DNA of 64,000 nt from Malacoraja senta (Eukaryota), in contig CM075996.1 of assembly GCA_038087875.1 (NCBI GenBank), positions 10,480,001 through 10,544,000 of the forward strand. Direction: 5' to 3'. Below the pieces are notes generated by a model. The model had not been told where the DNA came from. It saw only the letters and a program-made list of their open reading frames with translations, and did no database searches. The first letter of the stretch is position 1. Each line of letters starts with the position of its first letter. Positions 27,122-40,129 of this stretch are shown piece by piece. The position numbers were made by a program, and so were the translations under genes.

Positions 27122-27268
27122 CCTGCAGCTCATCCTCGGAGGAGTAGCCAGATGTCGACGACATGTAGATGTCGGAAGAAATGGAAGGTGCTGTCAGTAT
27201 CCCTATGCTGTCATATGCTCTGTTTAATTTCTCTTCGTAGCTGTCCTCAAAGCTGGACGGCCCTCCGA
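27122..27268 (-). CDS. SUN2: SUN2-like exon containing SGYSSEDE motif
   Basis: CAGCAG tandem acceptor (27271 or 27268), GTAAGT donor; STSGYSSEDELQG matches SUN2 SSGYSSEDDYVG. Confidence 0.85.
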
Positions 27269-27843
27269 CTGCTGGATGCGAGATACAGGTTACTGTTGTG
27301 TTGCGACTGTCCAAATAACTGAAGCCTTACACCATGATAAAGGTCTAAAGACTTTATTAACGACATAGCATTGGTAACTTCATGCTTGCACGTTTTTCTA
27401 ATAATGCAGGAACCAGGCAGGGAGGGTTAATGTAAAGCTAGTGGGTGTAACTACAAAAGCACGACATAACATGAGTGACACTGATCTACAGTTACCTAGG
27501 CAAGTCATCACAGGAAAATATTGCAGCACCTCATATTTCGCTTGGACACCTTACATCCCAACAATATGATGTTGACATCTCTAACTTCGTAACCCTTGTT
27601 TTCCCTCAATCTCTCCATCCCTCCACCATCCTAGCTCTCCGGCCAGCTTAACTGTCCTCCTGATTAAATTTTATCTTTGTATGCTTCGTTGTCACCTTCC
27701 CCTAGCTAATAATAAAAATATCCACTGACTTGGCCTCCACAGCCTTCTGTGGCAATGAATTCCACTGATTCACCACCCTCTGACTAAAGAAATGCGCCGG
27801 TGCCCAGCTTCCACCCCCCGTGCTGCCCTCCCCGGACACATAC

Positions 27844-28031
27844 CGACGGGCTCCTGCCAGCCGCTGCTGCTGCCGAGGTGCTGAGAGCGCTGAGAGAGCT
27901 GAGAGTGCTGAGAGAACTTGGAAGCGCTGCTGATGTAGCTACTCAGACTGTTGACTGAACTGTTGGATGGCGAACCTTTGACTCCAGGCACAGGTCCCAG
28001 CCACTTGCTGTTTGACCTTTTCTTGTGCAAC
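27844..28031 (-). CDS. SUN2: SUN2-like exon, Ser-rich nucleoplasmic region
   Basis: tttcag|G acceptor, GTATGT donor; phase 2 in and phase 1 out; LHKKRSNSKWLGPVPG... aligns by eye with SUN2 TLKRKSSNMKRLSPAP. Confidence 0.8.
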
Positions 28032-28045
28032 CTGAAACGATAAAA

Positions 28046-30836
28046 TAGGAATGTTACAACATTTTGAGATTTTAAACATCAAGCCTGTCATTTATCCCAC
28101 CAGATAAAGGATAAAAAGAACTTTAATTTGATACCCAATTCACTTTCATATCTTCAGTATTAAAAAGGTTATGGTCATTTTCATACTTGGAAATTAGCAT
28201 CTTGTTGCTTTTTGCTTTTCCATTGACTTAAAACAAAAACTGTGATCGAGGACAGTCAATTGACATAAAAGCCATAACCATATGCCCATAACTTTCTTAA
28301 AAATTAAGAGCTGAATGAAATTTTCAGTTATTATAGATTGAAGCATTCTGAAACAAATATGAAACATCTTACTTGGATGACCTAAAATTAAAGCATATAA
28401 TTAGTTAGTTACCTAATTGTAGCTAATTACAAAATTGACCGTTGTGACGGAAATAGTAATAAACACCCAGACTGCCTTGAAAATTAAAAAATGTGATATT
28501 CTCAAGATCAGAACTTTAATATTATTGTATTATATGTTGTAAGTCCATAACAGGTAAAGAAATTACAATTTCTATTAAAGACCAAGTCTTTATGGAGAAG
28601 ATCAGTTGCTAGCTGATACATTGGCATATTATAATCAGTAGCATCATCATACTCCTCAGATTTTAGCCAATAAGCAACTCTGTACACCTTGTTTTTCCTC
28701 AACTTTTCAATTTTGGCATTGTAAACTACAAGTTTTTGCTCTTTCTGCCCACTACTTTCCCATTAAGAATGTCCAGTAGATCATCACATTTGGAGTAGTC
28801 CAAATTCGGATAATCTCTGCGAATGCTGAGTAAATCAGTCTCTTTTGCTGGGCATTTGGATTGACAATTTCTTCTTTGGAGCCATCTGTTTAAAATGTTT
28901 TAAAAAAGCACTGAACAGCATTAACAGAAACAAGTTATTATTTGCAGTTTTATAAAAAAGGGTAGAAATGATAAACGCTAAACCAAATAGTAAATACCCA
29001 ACAAAAATGTCATATTCATCAGTTTCATCAAATCAATTGATTTGATCTAAACATCTATCCATTTCTTAAGAAAATGCTAACATTTTTAAATAGCCAAAGA
29101 TTCCAAATAACAAATAGCAAACTGATCCCATTCACACAAGAATTCACAATATAACATGATTTTTAAATCTCACTTTGTCATGAATTTATATGCCAAATGG
29201 AAGGAATTTAATGTTTAATTCCCATAAATTAATCCAGAAACATCCACTCTCAAGTGGATGTCGATGTAGTGTATCTAGACTTTCAGAAAGCCTTTGATAA
29301 GGTCCCGCACGGGAGACTGGTGACTAAAATTAGAGCACATGGTATTGGGGGTAGGGTGTTGACATGGATAGAAAATTGGTTGGCAGAGCGGAAGCAAAGA
29401 GTAGGAGTGAACGGTTCCTTTTCAGAATGGCAGGCAGTGGCGAGTGGAGTGCCGCAAGGCTCGGTGTTGGGGCCACAACTGTTTACCATATATATTAATG
29501 ATTTGGAAGAGGGAATTAGGAGCAACACTAATACAGCAGGCAGTGAAGAAAGCTAATGGAATGTTGGCCTTCATAACAAGAGGATTTCAGTATAGGAGTA
29601 AAGAGGTTCTTCTGCAGTTGTATCGGGCTCTGGCGAGACCACATCTGGAGTATTTTGTACAGTTTTGGTCTCCTAATTTGAGGAAGGACATCCTTGTCAT
29701 TGAGGCAGTGCAGCGTAGGTTCACGAGATTGATCCCTGGGATGGCGGGACTGTCATATGAGGAAAGATTGAAAAGACTAGGCTTGTATTCACTGGAGTTT
29801 AGACGGATGAGGGGGGATCTTATAGAAACATAAAATTATAAAAGGACTGGACAAGCTAGATGCAGGAAAAATGTTCCCAATGTTGGGCGAGTCCAGGACC
29901 AGGGGCCACAGTCTTAGAATAAAGGAGAGGTCATTTAAGACTGAGGTGAGACAAAACTTTTTCACCCAGAGAGTTTTGAATTTATGGAATTCCCTGCCAC
30001 AGAGGGCAGTGGAGGCCAAGTCACTGGATGGATTTAAGAGAGAGTTAGATAGAGCTTTAGGGGCTAGTGGAGTCAAGGGATATGGGGAGAAGGCAGGCAC
30101 AGGTTATTGATAGGGGACGATCAGCCATGATCACAATGAATGGCGGTGCTGGCTCGAAGGGCCGAATGGCCTCCTCCTGCACCTATTTTCTATGTTTCTA
30201 TGATAATCAAAATCATTATTTTTTGCACAATACATCTGACTAAAACTGTACTGTGGATATTTAGAATGAAAATATTGATCATGGATAGACCATAACACAA
30301 AATATAGATGATTTAGATGTTCTTATGACATGATAGTGCAAACAAATAATGAATTTGATTGTCTTGAGAATGGATGTTTCTGGAATGTGATCGATTGGAA
30401 TGTTGCCGTTGCCATAATTTTTAAGCCCATATCGGCAGGCAAGACATGGCCGACTCGTATGGGGGCCAAAATAACATTTTTTGTACCATAAGATTAAAAT
30501 GAAGCCACACCAAAATACAACATAATATGTTAAATAGACGACATACCTTTTGTTTTGTCCTGCACTTGCGATCCGTGATGTTGAAGGTGTTGAAGGCGTT
30601 ACAAGTTGCATTTAACTTCAATCCAGTGATGCAATCGCCCAGCAATTTAAAAAAAACGGGAACGGAAACGCGAACGATTTTTCTTCATCAGCTAGCAGCC
30701 CGAGGAAATCCATATCCGACAACCAATACAAACCTGCATTTTAATCCCGCCCCCCCCCCCCAAGCCTCTGGAATCGCACGCACAGGCAGCAGGCAGATCT
30801 GGAGCACCACTGGTGGGTGGTTTTGTAACAACGCGA
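28046..30836 (-). mobile_element. TIR DNA transposon with 7-bp TSD (hAT/hATw-like?), containing a nested CR1 at 29253-30202
   Basis: Ends TAGGAATGTTACAAC...TTTTGTAACAACGCGA; flanks GATAAAA/GATAAAG; both ends homologous to 48555-49580. Confidence 0.8.
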
Positions 30837-30946
30837 GATAAAGGGCAACGATTTAGGGTGGAGGCAGACCAGGACTGCGAAAGAGAAGCAGCAACTTCTG
30901 TGAAATTGGCACAGCAATCCAAAACACATTGTGGGTATGGATTATA

Positions 30947-31695
30947 AACATAGAAAATAGGTGCAGGAGTAGCCCATGAAGCCAGCCTCATTCAATATGA
31001 TCATGGCTGATCATCCACAATCAGTATCCTGTTCCTGCTTTCTCCCCATAACCCTTGATTCCACTAGCCCAAAGAGCACCATCTAATTCTCTTTAGAATG
31101 CATCTAGTGAATCGGCCTCCACTGCTTTCTGTGGCAGAGAATTCCACGCATTCACAACTCTCTGGGTGAAACATAATGTTTCACCAAGAGAGTTGTGACA
31201 TTATTGCTATTTGAGTGCAGCGTAAGTTCACCAATTTAATTCCTAGGATGGCAGGACTGACATATGATGAAAGAATGGGTCGACTGGAGTTGTATTCGGT
31301 GGTATTTAGAAGGATGAGAGGGTATATATATTGAAACATAAATTTTTTAGAGGATTGGACAAGGTAGTTGCAGGAAAAATGTTCCCGATGTTGGGGGAGT
31401 CCAGAACCCGGGGTCACAGTTTAAGAATAAGGGGTAGGCCATTTAAGACTGAGATGAGGAAAAACTTTTTCACCCAAAGAGTTGTGATTCTGCGGAATTC
31501 TCTGCCACAGAAGGCAGTGGAGGCCAATTGGAGGATTTTCAAGAGAGAGGTAGATTTAGCTCTTAGGGAATCAAGGGATATGGGGATGAAGCCAGAATGA
31601 TATATTGATTTTGGATGATCAGCCATGATCATATTGAATGGCTGTGCTAGCTCGAAGGGCCGAATGGCCTCCTCCTGCACCGATTTTCTATGTTT
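30947..31695. mobile_element. Two oppositely oriented CR1 3' fragments
   Basis: Minus-strand tail 30947-31170, plus-strand fragment 31200-31695. Confidence 0.8.
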
Positions 31696-32589
31696 CAGTC
31701 TGAGAGTCGGAAGAAGGGTCTCGCCCTGAAATGTCACCCATTGCTTCTATCAGAGATGCTGCCTGTCCCGCTGAGTTCCTCCAGCATTTTGTGTCTACCT
31801 GCGGTGTAAACCAGCATCCACAGTTACTCCCTACATTTAAATCAGACTAGCTGGGTCAGGGTAGAGGTTACCGGCACTGTGGTTGAGCAGTGCTCAGGTT
31901 TCCAGATGCCAGGGTGTAAGACGACTTTAATCATCGATGATGCAGGAGGCCATTCAGCCCATCTGTGCCAGTCAAGTAAAAACAACCCTGTCCGATCGCC
32001 TGCCACCCTGCAGGTCACGCACTGCAATACATAGCCAAGCGTGTTGAAGTTTCACAGCAGCAGCCCTTCTGTCCATTGTGACCACATCACTAAATATTCA
32101 TTCATCGTACACACAGCCACTCACTGACAACCTTTTGGGTCGGCACGGTGGCACAACGGTAGAGTTGCTGCCTCACAGCGCCAGAGACCTGGGTTCAATC
32201 CTGCCCACGGGTGCTGTCTGTACGGAGTTTGTACCTTCTCCCTATGACTGCATGGGTTTTCTCTGGGTGCTCCAGTTTCCTCTGATGTACAGATTTGTAT
32301 GATAATTGGCTACTGATAACTATAAATTGTCCCTAGTGTGTGTAGGATAATGCTACCTAATGCTAGCTTATCTGTAGCCACCTTTTGCTCCGGTATTTTA
32401 TTTAATTCACATGTTTAATCAATAATGTTTTATTATTCATGTTTAATGTGTCATTCCTACTTGTCACTGTATGTCGTTGTCACCTGCGGGCGGAGCACCA
32501 AGGCAAATTCCTTGTATGTGAATACTTGACCAATAAACTTATTCTTATTGGGTGATGACTGGTTGGTGCGGACTTGCTGGGCCAAAGGG

Positions 32590-32835
32590 CTTGTTGAATC
32601 CAGCGGCGATCAGAAAAAGGTACGACTCTTTGGGCGACTACTCTCGACCATGCACGCGTCACGTGTCGACAAGTCGTGGGGTGACCCCTGTATGGTCGAG
32701 AGTAGTCGCCCAAACAATTGTACTTTTTTCTGGTCACTGCTGGATTTTCAACATGTTGACAAATTTCAGTGACCTGCTGCGACTATGACGGGTGCCGACA
32801 GCCGCTGAAAAAATCGCGTAAGTGGGACAGGCCCT
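32590..32835. mobile_element. Partial Harbinger-type MITE
   Basis: One TIR (AAGTGGGACAGGCCCT|TTA) shared with 866-1096; internal ~50-bp inverted repeat. Confidence 0.65.
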
Positions 32836-33003
32836 TTACAGCGCCAGGGACCCAGGTTCCATTATGATTATGGATGGTTGTCTGTACACAGTTTGTAAAT
32901 TCTCACCGTGACCTCACCGTGGCAGATGCAGTATAATATAGATAAATGTGAGGTTATCCACTTTGGTGGCAAAAACAAGGGGGAAGATTATTATCTCAAT
33001 GGG

Positions 33004-34911
33004 AGGTACACAAAAATGCTGGAGAAACTCAGCGGGTGCAGCAGCATCTATGGAGCGAAGGAAATAGGTAACGTTTCGGGCCGAAACCCTTCTTCAGACT
33101 GATAGGGGGTGGGGAGAAGAAAGGAAAAAAGGAAAAGGAGGAGGAGGAGCCCGAGGGCTGGGGGAGGGGAGGAGACAACCAGATGGCTGATGAAGGGGAG
33201 GGGACAGCCAGGGCTAGCAGAATTGGGAGAATTCAACGTTCAAGCCACCAGGATGTAGACTGCCCAAGCGGAATATGAGGTGCATTTCCTCCAATTTACG
33301 GTGTTGCTCGCTGTGGCCATGGAGGAGACCCAGGACAGAGAGGTCAGATACGGAATGGGAGGGGGAGTTGAAGTGCTGAGCCACCGGGAGTTCAGGTTGG
33401 TTATTGCGGACAGACCGGAGGTGTTCGGCGAAACGATCGCCAAGCCTCCGCTTGGTCTCACCGATGTAGATCAGCTGGCATCTAGAGCAGCGAATGCAAC
33501 AGATGAGGTTGGAGGAGATGCAGGTGAACCTCTGTCGCACCTGGAACGACTGCTTGGGTCCTGGAATGGAGTGGAGGGGGGAAGTGAAGGGACAAGTGTT
33601 GCATCTCTTGCGGTTGCAAGGGAAAGTACCAGGGCAGGGGGTGGTATGGGAGGGAAGGGAAGAATTGACAAGAGAGTTACGGAGGGAGCGGTCTTTGCGG
33701 AAGGCAGACATAGGGGGAGATGGGAAGATGTGGCGAGTGGTGGGGTCACGTTGGAGGTGGCGAAACTGACGGAGGATCACTTGTTGTATGTGACGGCTGG
33801 TGGGGTGAAAGGTGAGGACTAGGGGGACTCTGCCTTTGTTGTGAGTGGGGGGATGGGGAGAGAGAGCAGTGTTGCGGGGTATGGCAGAGACCCTGGTGCG
33901 AGCCTCATCTATGGTGGAGGAGGGGAACCCCCGTTCCCTGAAGAATGAGGACATTTCAGATGCCCTGGTGTGGAACGCCTCATCCTGGGAGCAGATGCGG
34001 CGTAGACGGAGGAATTGGGAGTGGGGGATGGAGTCCTTACAGGAAGCAGGGTGGGAAGAAGTGTAGTCCAGATAGCCATGGGAGTCGGTAGGTTTGTAGT
34101 GGATGTCGGTAAGGAGTCTATCACCTGCGATGGAGATAGTGAGGTCAAGGAATGGTAGGGAAGTGTCGGAAATGGTCCAGGTGTATTTGAGTGCCGGATG
34201 GAAGTTGGTGGTGAAGCGGATGAAGTCAGTCAGTTGTGTGTGGGTGCAGGATGTGGCACCAAAACAATCATCGATGTAGCGGAGGTAGAGGTCGGGGATG
34301 GGGCCCTGGTACGCATTGAACAGGGATTGTTCTACGTACCCGACAAAGAGGCAGGCGTAGCTGGGGCCCATGCGTGTGCCCATAGCTACGCCTTGTATTT
34401 GGAGGAAATGGGAGGAGTCAAATGAAAAGTTATTAAGTGTAAGTACCAGCTCCGCTAGGCGGAGGAGGGTGTCAGTGGCCGGGTATAGATTGCTTCTACG
34501 GTCGAGGAAAAAACGGAGGGCTTTGAGACCATCCTGGTGGGGGATGGAGGTGTACAGTGACTGGACGTCCATGGTGAAGATGAGGGGGTGAGGGCCTAGA
34601 GAGTGGAATGCGCGGAGATGACGGAGAGTGTCTGAGGTGTCTTGAACATAGGTGGGGAGGGATTTAACCAAGGGGGATAGTATGGAGTCGAGGTAGGTGG
34701 AGATGAGTTCGGTGGGGCAAGAACAGGCAGAGACAATGGGTCTACCAGGACAGTCAGGTTTGTGGATTTTGGGGAGAAGGTAAAAGCGGGCTGTGCGGGG
34801 CTGGGGAACGATGAGGTTGGAGGCTCGTTCGGGCAGGGCGTGGGAGTGGATGAAGTTGGTGATGGTGCTGGAGATGGTGGCCTGGTGCTCGTCAGTGGGG
34901 TCATGGTCCAT
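33004..34911 (-). mobile_element. Penelope-like element (Neptune-like), 5'-truncated; open ORF 33214-34911 with RT and GIY-YIG endonuclease
   Basis: LPKIHK, GRPIVS, DVQSLYT, GVAMG, RYIDD; Cys linker CNRKRCNTC; IYIGET..R..EH; pLTR with hammerhead core. Confidence 0.95.
33070..33097 (-). ncRNA. Minimal hammerhead ribozyme core in PLE pLTR
   Basis: CUGAAGA / stem II GGG-CCC / GAAAC / GUU; helix I pairing is weak. Confidence 0.6.
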
Positions 34912-37900
34912 GGGTTAGGTTAGGTAAGGTGGAGGTACAGCGAGACCTGGGTGTCCTTGTACACCGGTCACTGAAAGTTGGCGTGCAGGTACAGCAGGCA
35001 GTGAAGAAAGCTAATGGAATGTTGGCCTTCATAACAAGAGGATTTCAGTATAGGAGTAGAGAGGTTCTTCTGCAGTTGTATAGGGCTCTGGTAAGACCAC
35101 ATCTGGAGTATTGTGTACAGTTTGGTCTCCTAATTTGTGGAAGGACATCCTTGTGATTGAGGCAGTGCAGCGTAGGTTCACAAGATTGATCCCTGGGATG
35201 GCGGGACTGTCATATGAGGAAAGATTGAAAAGACTAGACTTGTATTCACTGGAGTTTAGAAGGATGTGGGGGGATCTTATAGAAATATAAAAAAATATAA
35301 AAGGACTGGACAAGCCAGATGCAGGAAAAATGTTCCAAATGTTGGGCGAGTCCAGAACCAGGGGCCACAGTCTTCGAATAAAGGGGAGGCCATTTAAGAC
35401 TGAGGTGAGAAAAAAACTATTCACCCAGAGAGTTGTGAATTTGTGGAATTTCCTTCCAAAGAGGGCAGCGGAGGCCAAATCACTGGATGGATTTAAGAGA
35501 GAGTTAGAGCTCTAGGGGCTGGTGGAATCAAGGGATATGGGGAGAAGGCAGGCACGGGTTATTGATTGGGGACGATCAGCCATGATCACAATGAATGGTG
35601 GTGCTGGCTCGAAGGGCCGAATGGCCTCCTCCTGCACCTATTTTCTATGTTTCCATGTTTCTATAATAATAATAATACATTTTATTTATATAGCGCTTTT
35701 CAGGACTCAAAGTTTCTATGACCTGCATGGGTTTTCCCTGGGTGCTCAGGTTTCCTCCCACAGTCCAAAGATGTACAGATTTATAGGTTAATTTGCTTGG
35801 TATAATTGTAAATTGTCCCTAGTGTGTCTGTGTGCGGGGATCGCTGATCGGCGCGGACTCTGCAGGCCGTAGGGCCTGTTTCCACGCTGTATCGCTAAAC
35901 TCCAAACTAAACTAAATGGTCCCAATCAGATTCTCAAAGATAGACACAAAGTGCTGGAGTGACTCAGCGGCAAGCCACGCGTAGACTGGGCGATTGTTTC
36001 GCTAAACACTTGCGCTCAGTCCACCTTGGCCTATGCGATCTTTCACTTGCCATATACTTTAACTCCTCTTCCCATTCCCACACAGACCTTTCTGTCCTCG
36101 GTCTCCTCCACTGTCAGAGTGAGGCCACACACATATTGGAGGATTAGCACCCCATATTTTGCTTGGGCAGCTTACCCCCTAGTGGTATGAACATTGATTT
36201 CTCCAATTTCAAGTAACTCCTGCATTCACTCCCTCACCCACGCTGGTCATCTTACTAGTTCCACTGTTCGCATCCTTGTATCCCTGTCATTATCACATCT
36301 TCCCCAGCCAACAATGGGCCATTATGGGCTCCACCCTTCCTTGGTCATCTGTTGCCAGCCCCAGTTTGTTCTGTTTTTTCCTACCTCTCGTTCCATCCCC
36401 CCTACTCTCCGTCTGAAGACAGGCTCCATCCTTATTCCCCAGAGATGCTGCCTGACCCGCTGAGTTACTCCAGCACTTTGTATCTCAGTATAGATCAGCA
36501 TCTACAGTTTCTTTCTACCCAATCAGGGTCTCACTCTGTCCGACAGTGATGAGGGAGTTAGTATTCGCTTCCAGTTTATCTTTGACCTTTTATATCGCTA
36601 AGCTGAACAAAATGTTGACACCACCACTAAACACCTTTCCCTCCTGACAATCTGCTACCTTCTTAAATCCATTCACCAAACTAAAGTCAAAAACGTTCTG
36701 CTTAAGACTTATTCCAGGGATCAAGCTAGATGATCCAGTCTGAGACAACGGTGTCAAGGCTATGGAGAAAGATGGAATCAGGGTACAATGCACTTGCCCA
36801 CCATTAGCATATTGCTGCACCATGAACCGCCGAGAGCAGTCATCTTAAAACTGACAACAGCGTGCCTGGGCCCAATAACAAACAGAAGTTGCCACTCGTC
36901 CTTGATTATGGTGGTGGCCTTGCCGAGGCAACACTACACCCCACGCTGCCTTGGCAAGGCCACCAGCACATTCAAGGACCAGTCATACACCCTGGCCACT
37001 CCTCCTTCTCCCCTTACCCATCAGGCAAAAGGTGTAAAAGTGTGGAAACGCACACCTCCAGATTCAGGTACAGTTTCTTCCCAGCTGTTATCAGGCAACT
37101 GAACCATCCTACTAATATCCAGAGAGCAGTCCTGAACCACTATCTACCTCATTGGAGACCATCGGACTATTTTTAATCGGGCTTTACTGGCTTTATCTGG
37201 CTCTAAACGCTATGTACCTTATCATGTGCACTGTGAGTAGCTCGATTATATTCACATATAGTCTTTCCGCAGACTGGTTAGCACGCAACAAAAGCTTTTT
37301 ACTGTACCTCGATACATGTGACCAACAAACTAAACTAAAAGATGGCAGGATAAATTTCACAGGTAGGTGTATGAAGGAACTGCAGATACAGGTTCATACC
37401 GGATAGACACAAAAAGCAGCAGTAACTCAGCGGGGCAGGCAGCATCTCTGGAGAGAATGAACAGTGATGTTTTGGGTCGACACCCTACTTCAGACTGAGA
37501 GTCAGGGGAAAGGGAAACGAGAGATATAGACGGTGATGTATTTTTCAAGACATGGACACCCTTTACCGAATTCTTACAAGGATAGTATGGCGCAACACAA
37601 ATTTGGATTTAAATCCGATTCTGGGTTGGGTGAGGCAGGTATATCTCCACTTTAAAAAAAACAACATTTTTTTCTTCTCTCTCATATCTTTATTCACTCT
37701 TTGGCCACACTACTTTGGTAGTCTAGGGGTACTATCTTTTTACTTTTCACTTTTTCCCTCTCTTGTTCTTTCTCTCTTCTTTTCCCTCATTTTCAGGTTA
37801 AATGGTTAAAATTGAAGCTGTACAATAATTGTATAATTTTACATGCCGAATGTTTTATTCTTGTACAATTGCTTCTAATAAAAATAATTTAAAAATAATA

Positions 37901-38618
37901 ATAATAAATAGACGGTGATGTAGTGAAATATGGAACAAATTAATGAAAGTTATGCAAAAAAGTAACGATGATAAAGGAAACAGGCCATTGTTAGCCGTTT
38001 GCTAAGTGAGAATGAGAAGCTGGTGCGACTTGGGTGGGGGAGGGATGGAGAGAGTCGCTTGTCAGAGCTGGGAAAGCGGGGGGAAGAAGTTTGTTTCACA
38101 CGGGGAAGGAATATGATGACTCTCTTTCTCTCCCCCTCCTCAAGGAACTGCAGAAGCTGGTTCATAAAAAATAGTCGCAAAGTGCTGGAGGAACTCTGCG
38201 GGTCATGCAGCCCCTGTTCTCGCACCCTCCAACATCCCTCATGAGCCCATCAACTGAATGGGTTCATCAACAACTTATTGGCACGACAACCTTGTCCTTG
38301 GCATATGAAAGATATACCCTACATCCTATCATCCTCCACCTGAGATTCCAAGCAGGAAAGAAGAGGTTGTTGGAACTTTCCTTGAGTTTTTGTCTAGAAC
38401 TTTTTCCTGGAAAGGTTCAGTTGCAGTTGGGGGAGAGGATAGAAAGTTGGGAGGTGGTGCTGGGGGAGGGGATAGAAAGGGGGGGGGGAGGAGTTGGAGT
38501 TGTGATACACAGCTCCCTGAGTGAGGTGCTAGGGTGGAGGCTGCATCTTTACTGTTAGAAAGAAGCATAGCTTAGAGAGGAAACAATGAGAGGGGGAAGA
38601 ACGAGACAAGAGAGTTAC

Positions 38619-38740
38619 CTGACGGGAGTCTCCTTGTAAGAGGGAGTACCGGATTTGACGGAGCCACCGCTGCTGCTGGAGGCGTCGTCGCGGAGCTGGT
38701 AGTAGCCGTTGGCGGCCAGACGTGAACTGCGGCGGGACAT
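38619..38740 (-). CDS. SUN2: SUN2-like gene, first coding exon (ATG at 38740; exon 38619-38805)
   Basis: MSRRSSRLAANGYYQLRDDASSSSGGSVKSGTPSYKETPVR resembles the vertebrate SUN2 N-terminus (MSRRSQRL...DDGSSSSGGS...FKDSPLR); acceptor tctctttgctcacag before 38805, donor AG|GTAACT, phase 2. Confidence 0.85.
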
Positions 38741-38930
38741 CCTCACCGTAGCACCACAACCCCGAGCCTCAGCCCGAGCACGGCACTGCGAGTCTTCCGC
38801 ACTATCTGTGAGCAAAGAGAAAGACAGTGTGAAGGGCAGCCCTGCACTGGGCACTGGCACCCTGCCCGCTGACCCAGAGAGGGAGGAGGGGAACACATTG
38901 CTGTCATCTTACTCACCCTCCCTGCACATG

Positions 38931-39320
38931 GCAGGGCACATGGTATTGGGGGTAGAGTGCTGACATGGATAGAAAATTGGTTGGTAGATAGGAAACAAAG
39001 TGTAGGGATTAACGGGTCCCTTTTAGAATGGAAGGCAGTGACTAGTGGGGTACCGCAAGGCTCGGTGCTGGGACCGCAGCTATTTACAATATATATTAAT
39101 GATTTAGATGAAGGGATTAAACGTAACATTAGCAAATTTGCAGATGACACAAAGCTGGGTGGCAGTGTGAACTGTGAGGAGGATGCTATGAGAATGCAGT
39201 AAGCCAGTTAGAACAGAGATCAGGAAACGCTTTTTCACAAGGAGAGTTGTGAGTCTGTGGAATTCTCTGCCTCAGAGGGCGGTGGAGGCCAGTTCTCTGG
39301 ATACTTTCAAAAGAGCTAGA
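38931..39320 (+). mobile_element. CR1 fragment, internally deleted
   Basis: [10 protein letters not shown]...FADD followed directly by the C-terminal region. Confidence 0.85.
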
Positions 39321-39666
39321 TCTGCCCACTCACATCCAAGCGCTGTAAGGCAGCAACTCTACACTGCGCCACCGTGCCACCCTTTTAAACCTGCACCATC
39401 AACACAGTGACCTTGTCGTCCCTACTCACGACTTCTCCTCACTCACTATCCTTTGTGATTTTACACGTCTCCCTAAACCCCTCCTACTCACCCCCACCGG
39501 CCTGCCCGTCCCTGGGCTCTGATAGAGCTGCCGTGGGTCGGTGTTTAAGGGGAGGCAGTCAAAGGGGTGAGGCTGGGAGCCGCCCCCATCAGTAGGGCCC
39601 CCGGCGCCGGGAGGAGTGGTCACCTGTGAGGGGCCAGGGACCGACACGACAGACAGACAGACTCAC

Positions 39667-39950
39667 CGAGTGATGGTCCCTGCGGGGTCCGAGCGGCAGA
39701 AGCTGCCCTGCGGCGCCGGGAACAAGGAGCAGGAGCGTGGCCACTTCAACCACTCCCCTTCTGGTCGCCGCCTGTCCTCGCCGCACCGAGAGTATAGTAT
39801 AGTATAGTAGATGATGGTAGATGAGGGTAGGGTAGGGAAGGGTAGGGTAGAGTATAGCAGAGCTGAGCTGAGCTGAGCAGAGCAGACACCAGACACAACC
39901 TCCTCCAACACCGTCTGTCTGTGTCTGTTTCTATGTTCCGGCCCCATTGG
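39667..39950 (-). promoter_or_regulatory. Probable SUN2 5' exon and promoter
   Basis: CpG-rich 39590-39790, consensus donor G|GTGAGT at 39666, CCAAT box (minus) at 39946-39950; TSS not determinable. Confidence 0.5.
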
Positions 39951-40129
39951 CTGCATCGTTCAAAATGCTACATTCTAGAGTGTTAGTTTGTGTCGCGGTT
40001 CCACTCCCCGGGGGTGGGAACAGGAACCGTGACAACTGTGGCACCACCACCCCCACCTTCCAACCGGCACCACCCTCACCTCCCCTCCCTGATCCCCACC
40101 TCCACACAATAGCCTCACTCTGACTATAA

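Larger units (their letters stand above)
32918..35662 (+). mobile_element. CR1 fragment split by a PLE
   Basis: CR1 sequence breaks at ~33003 and resumes at ~34914. Confidence 0.9.
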
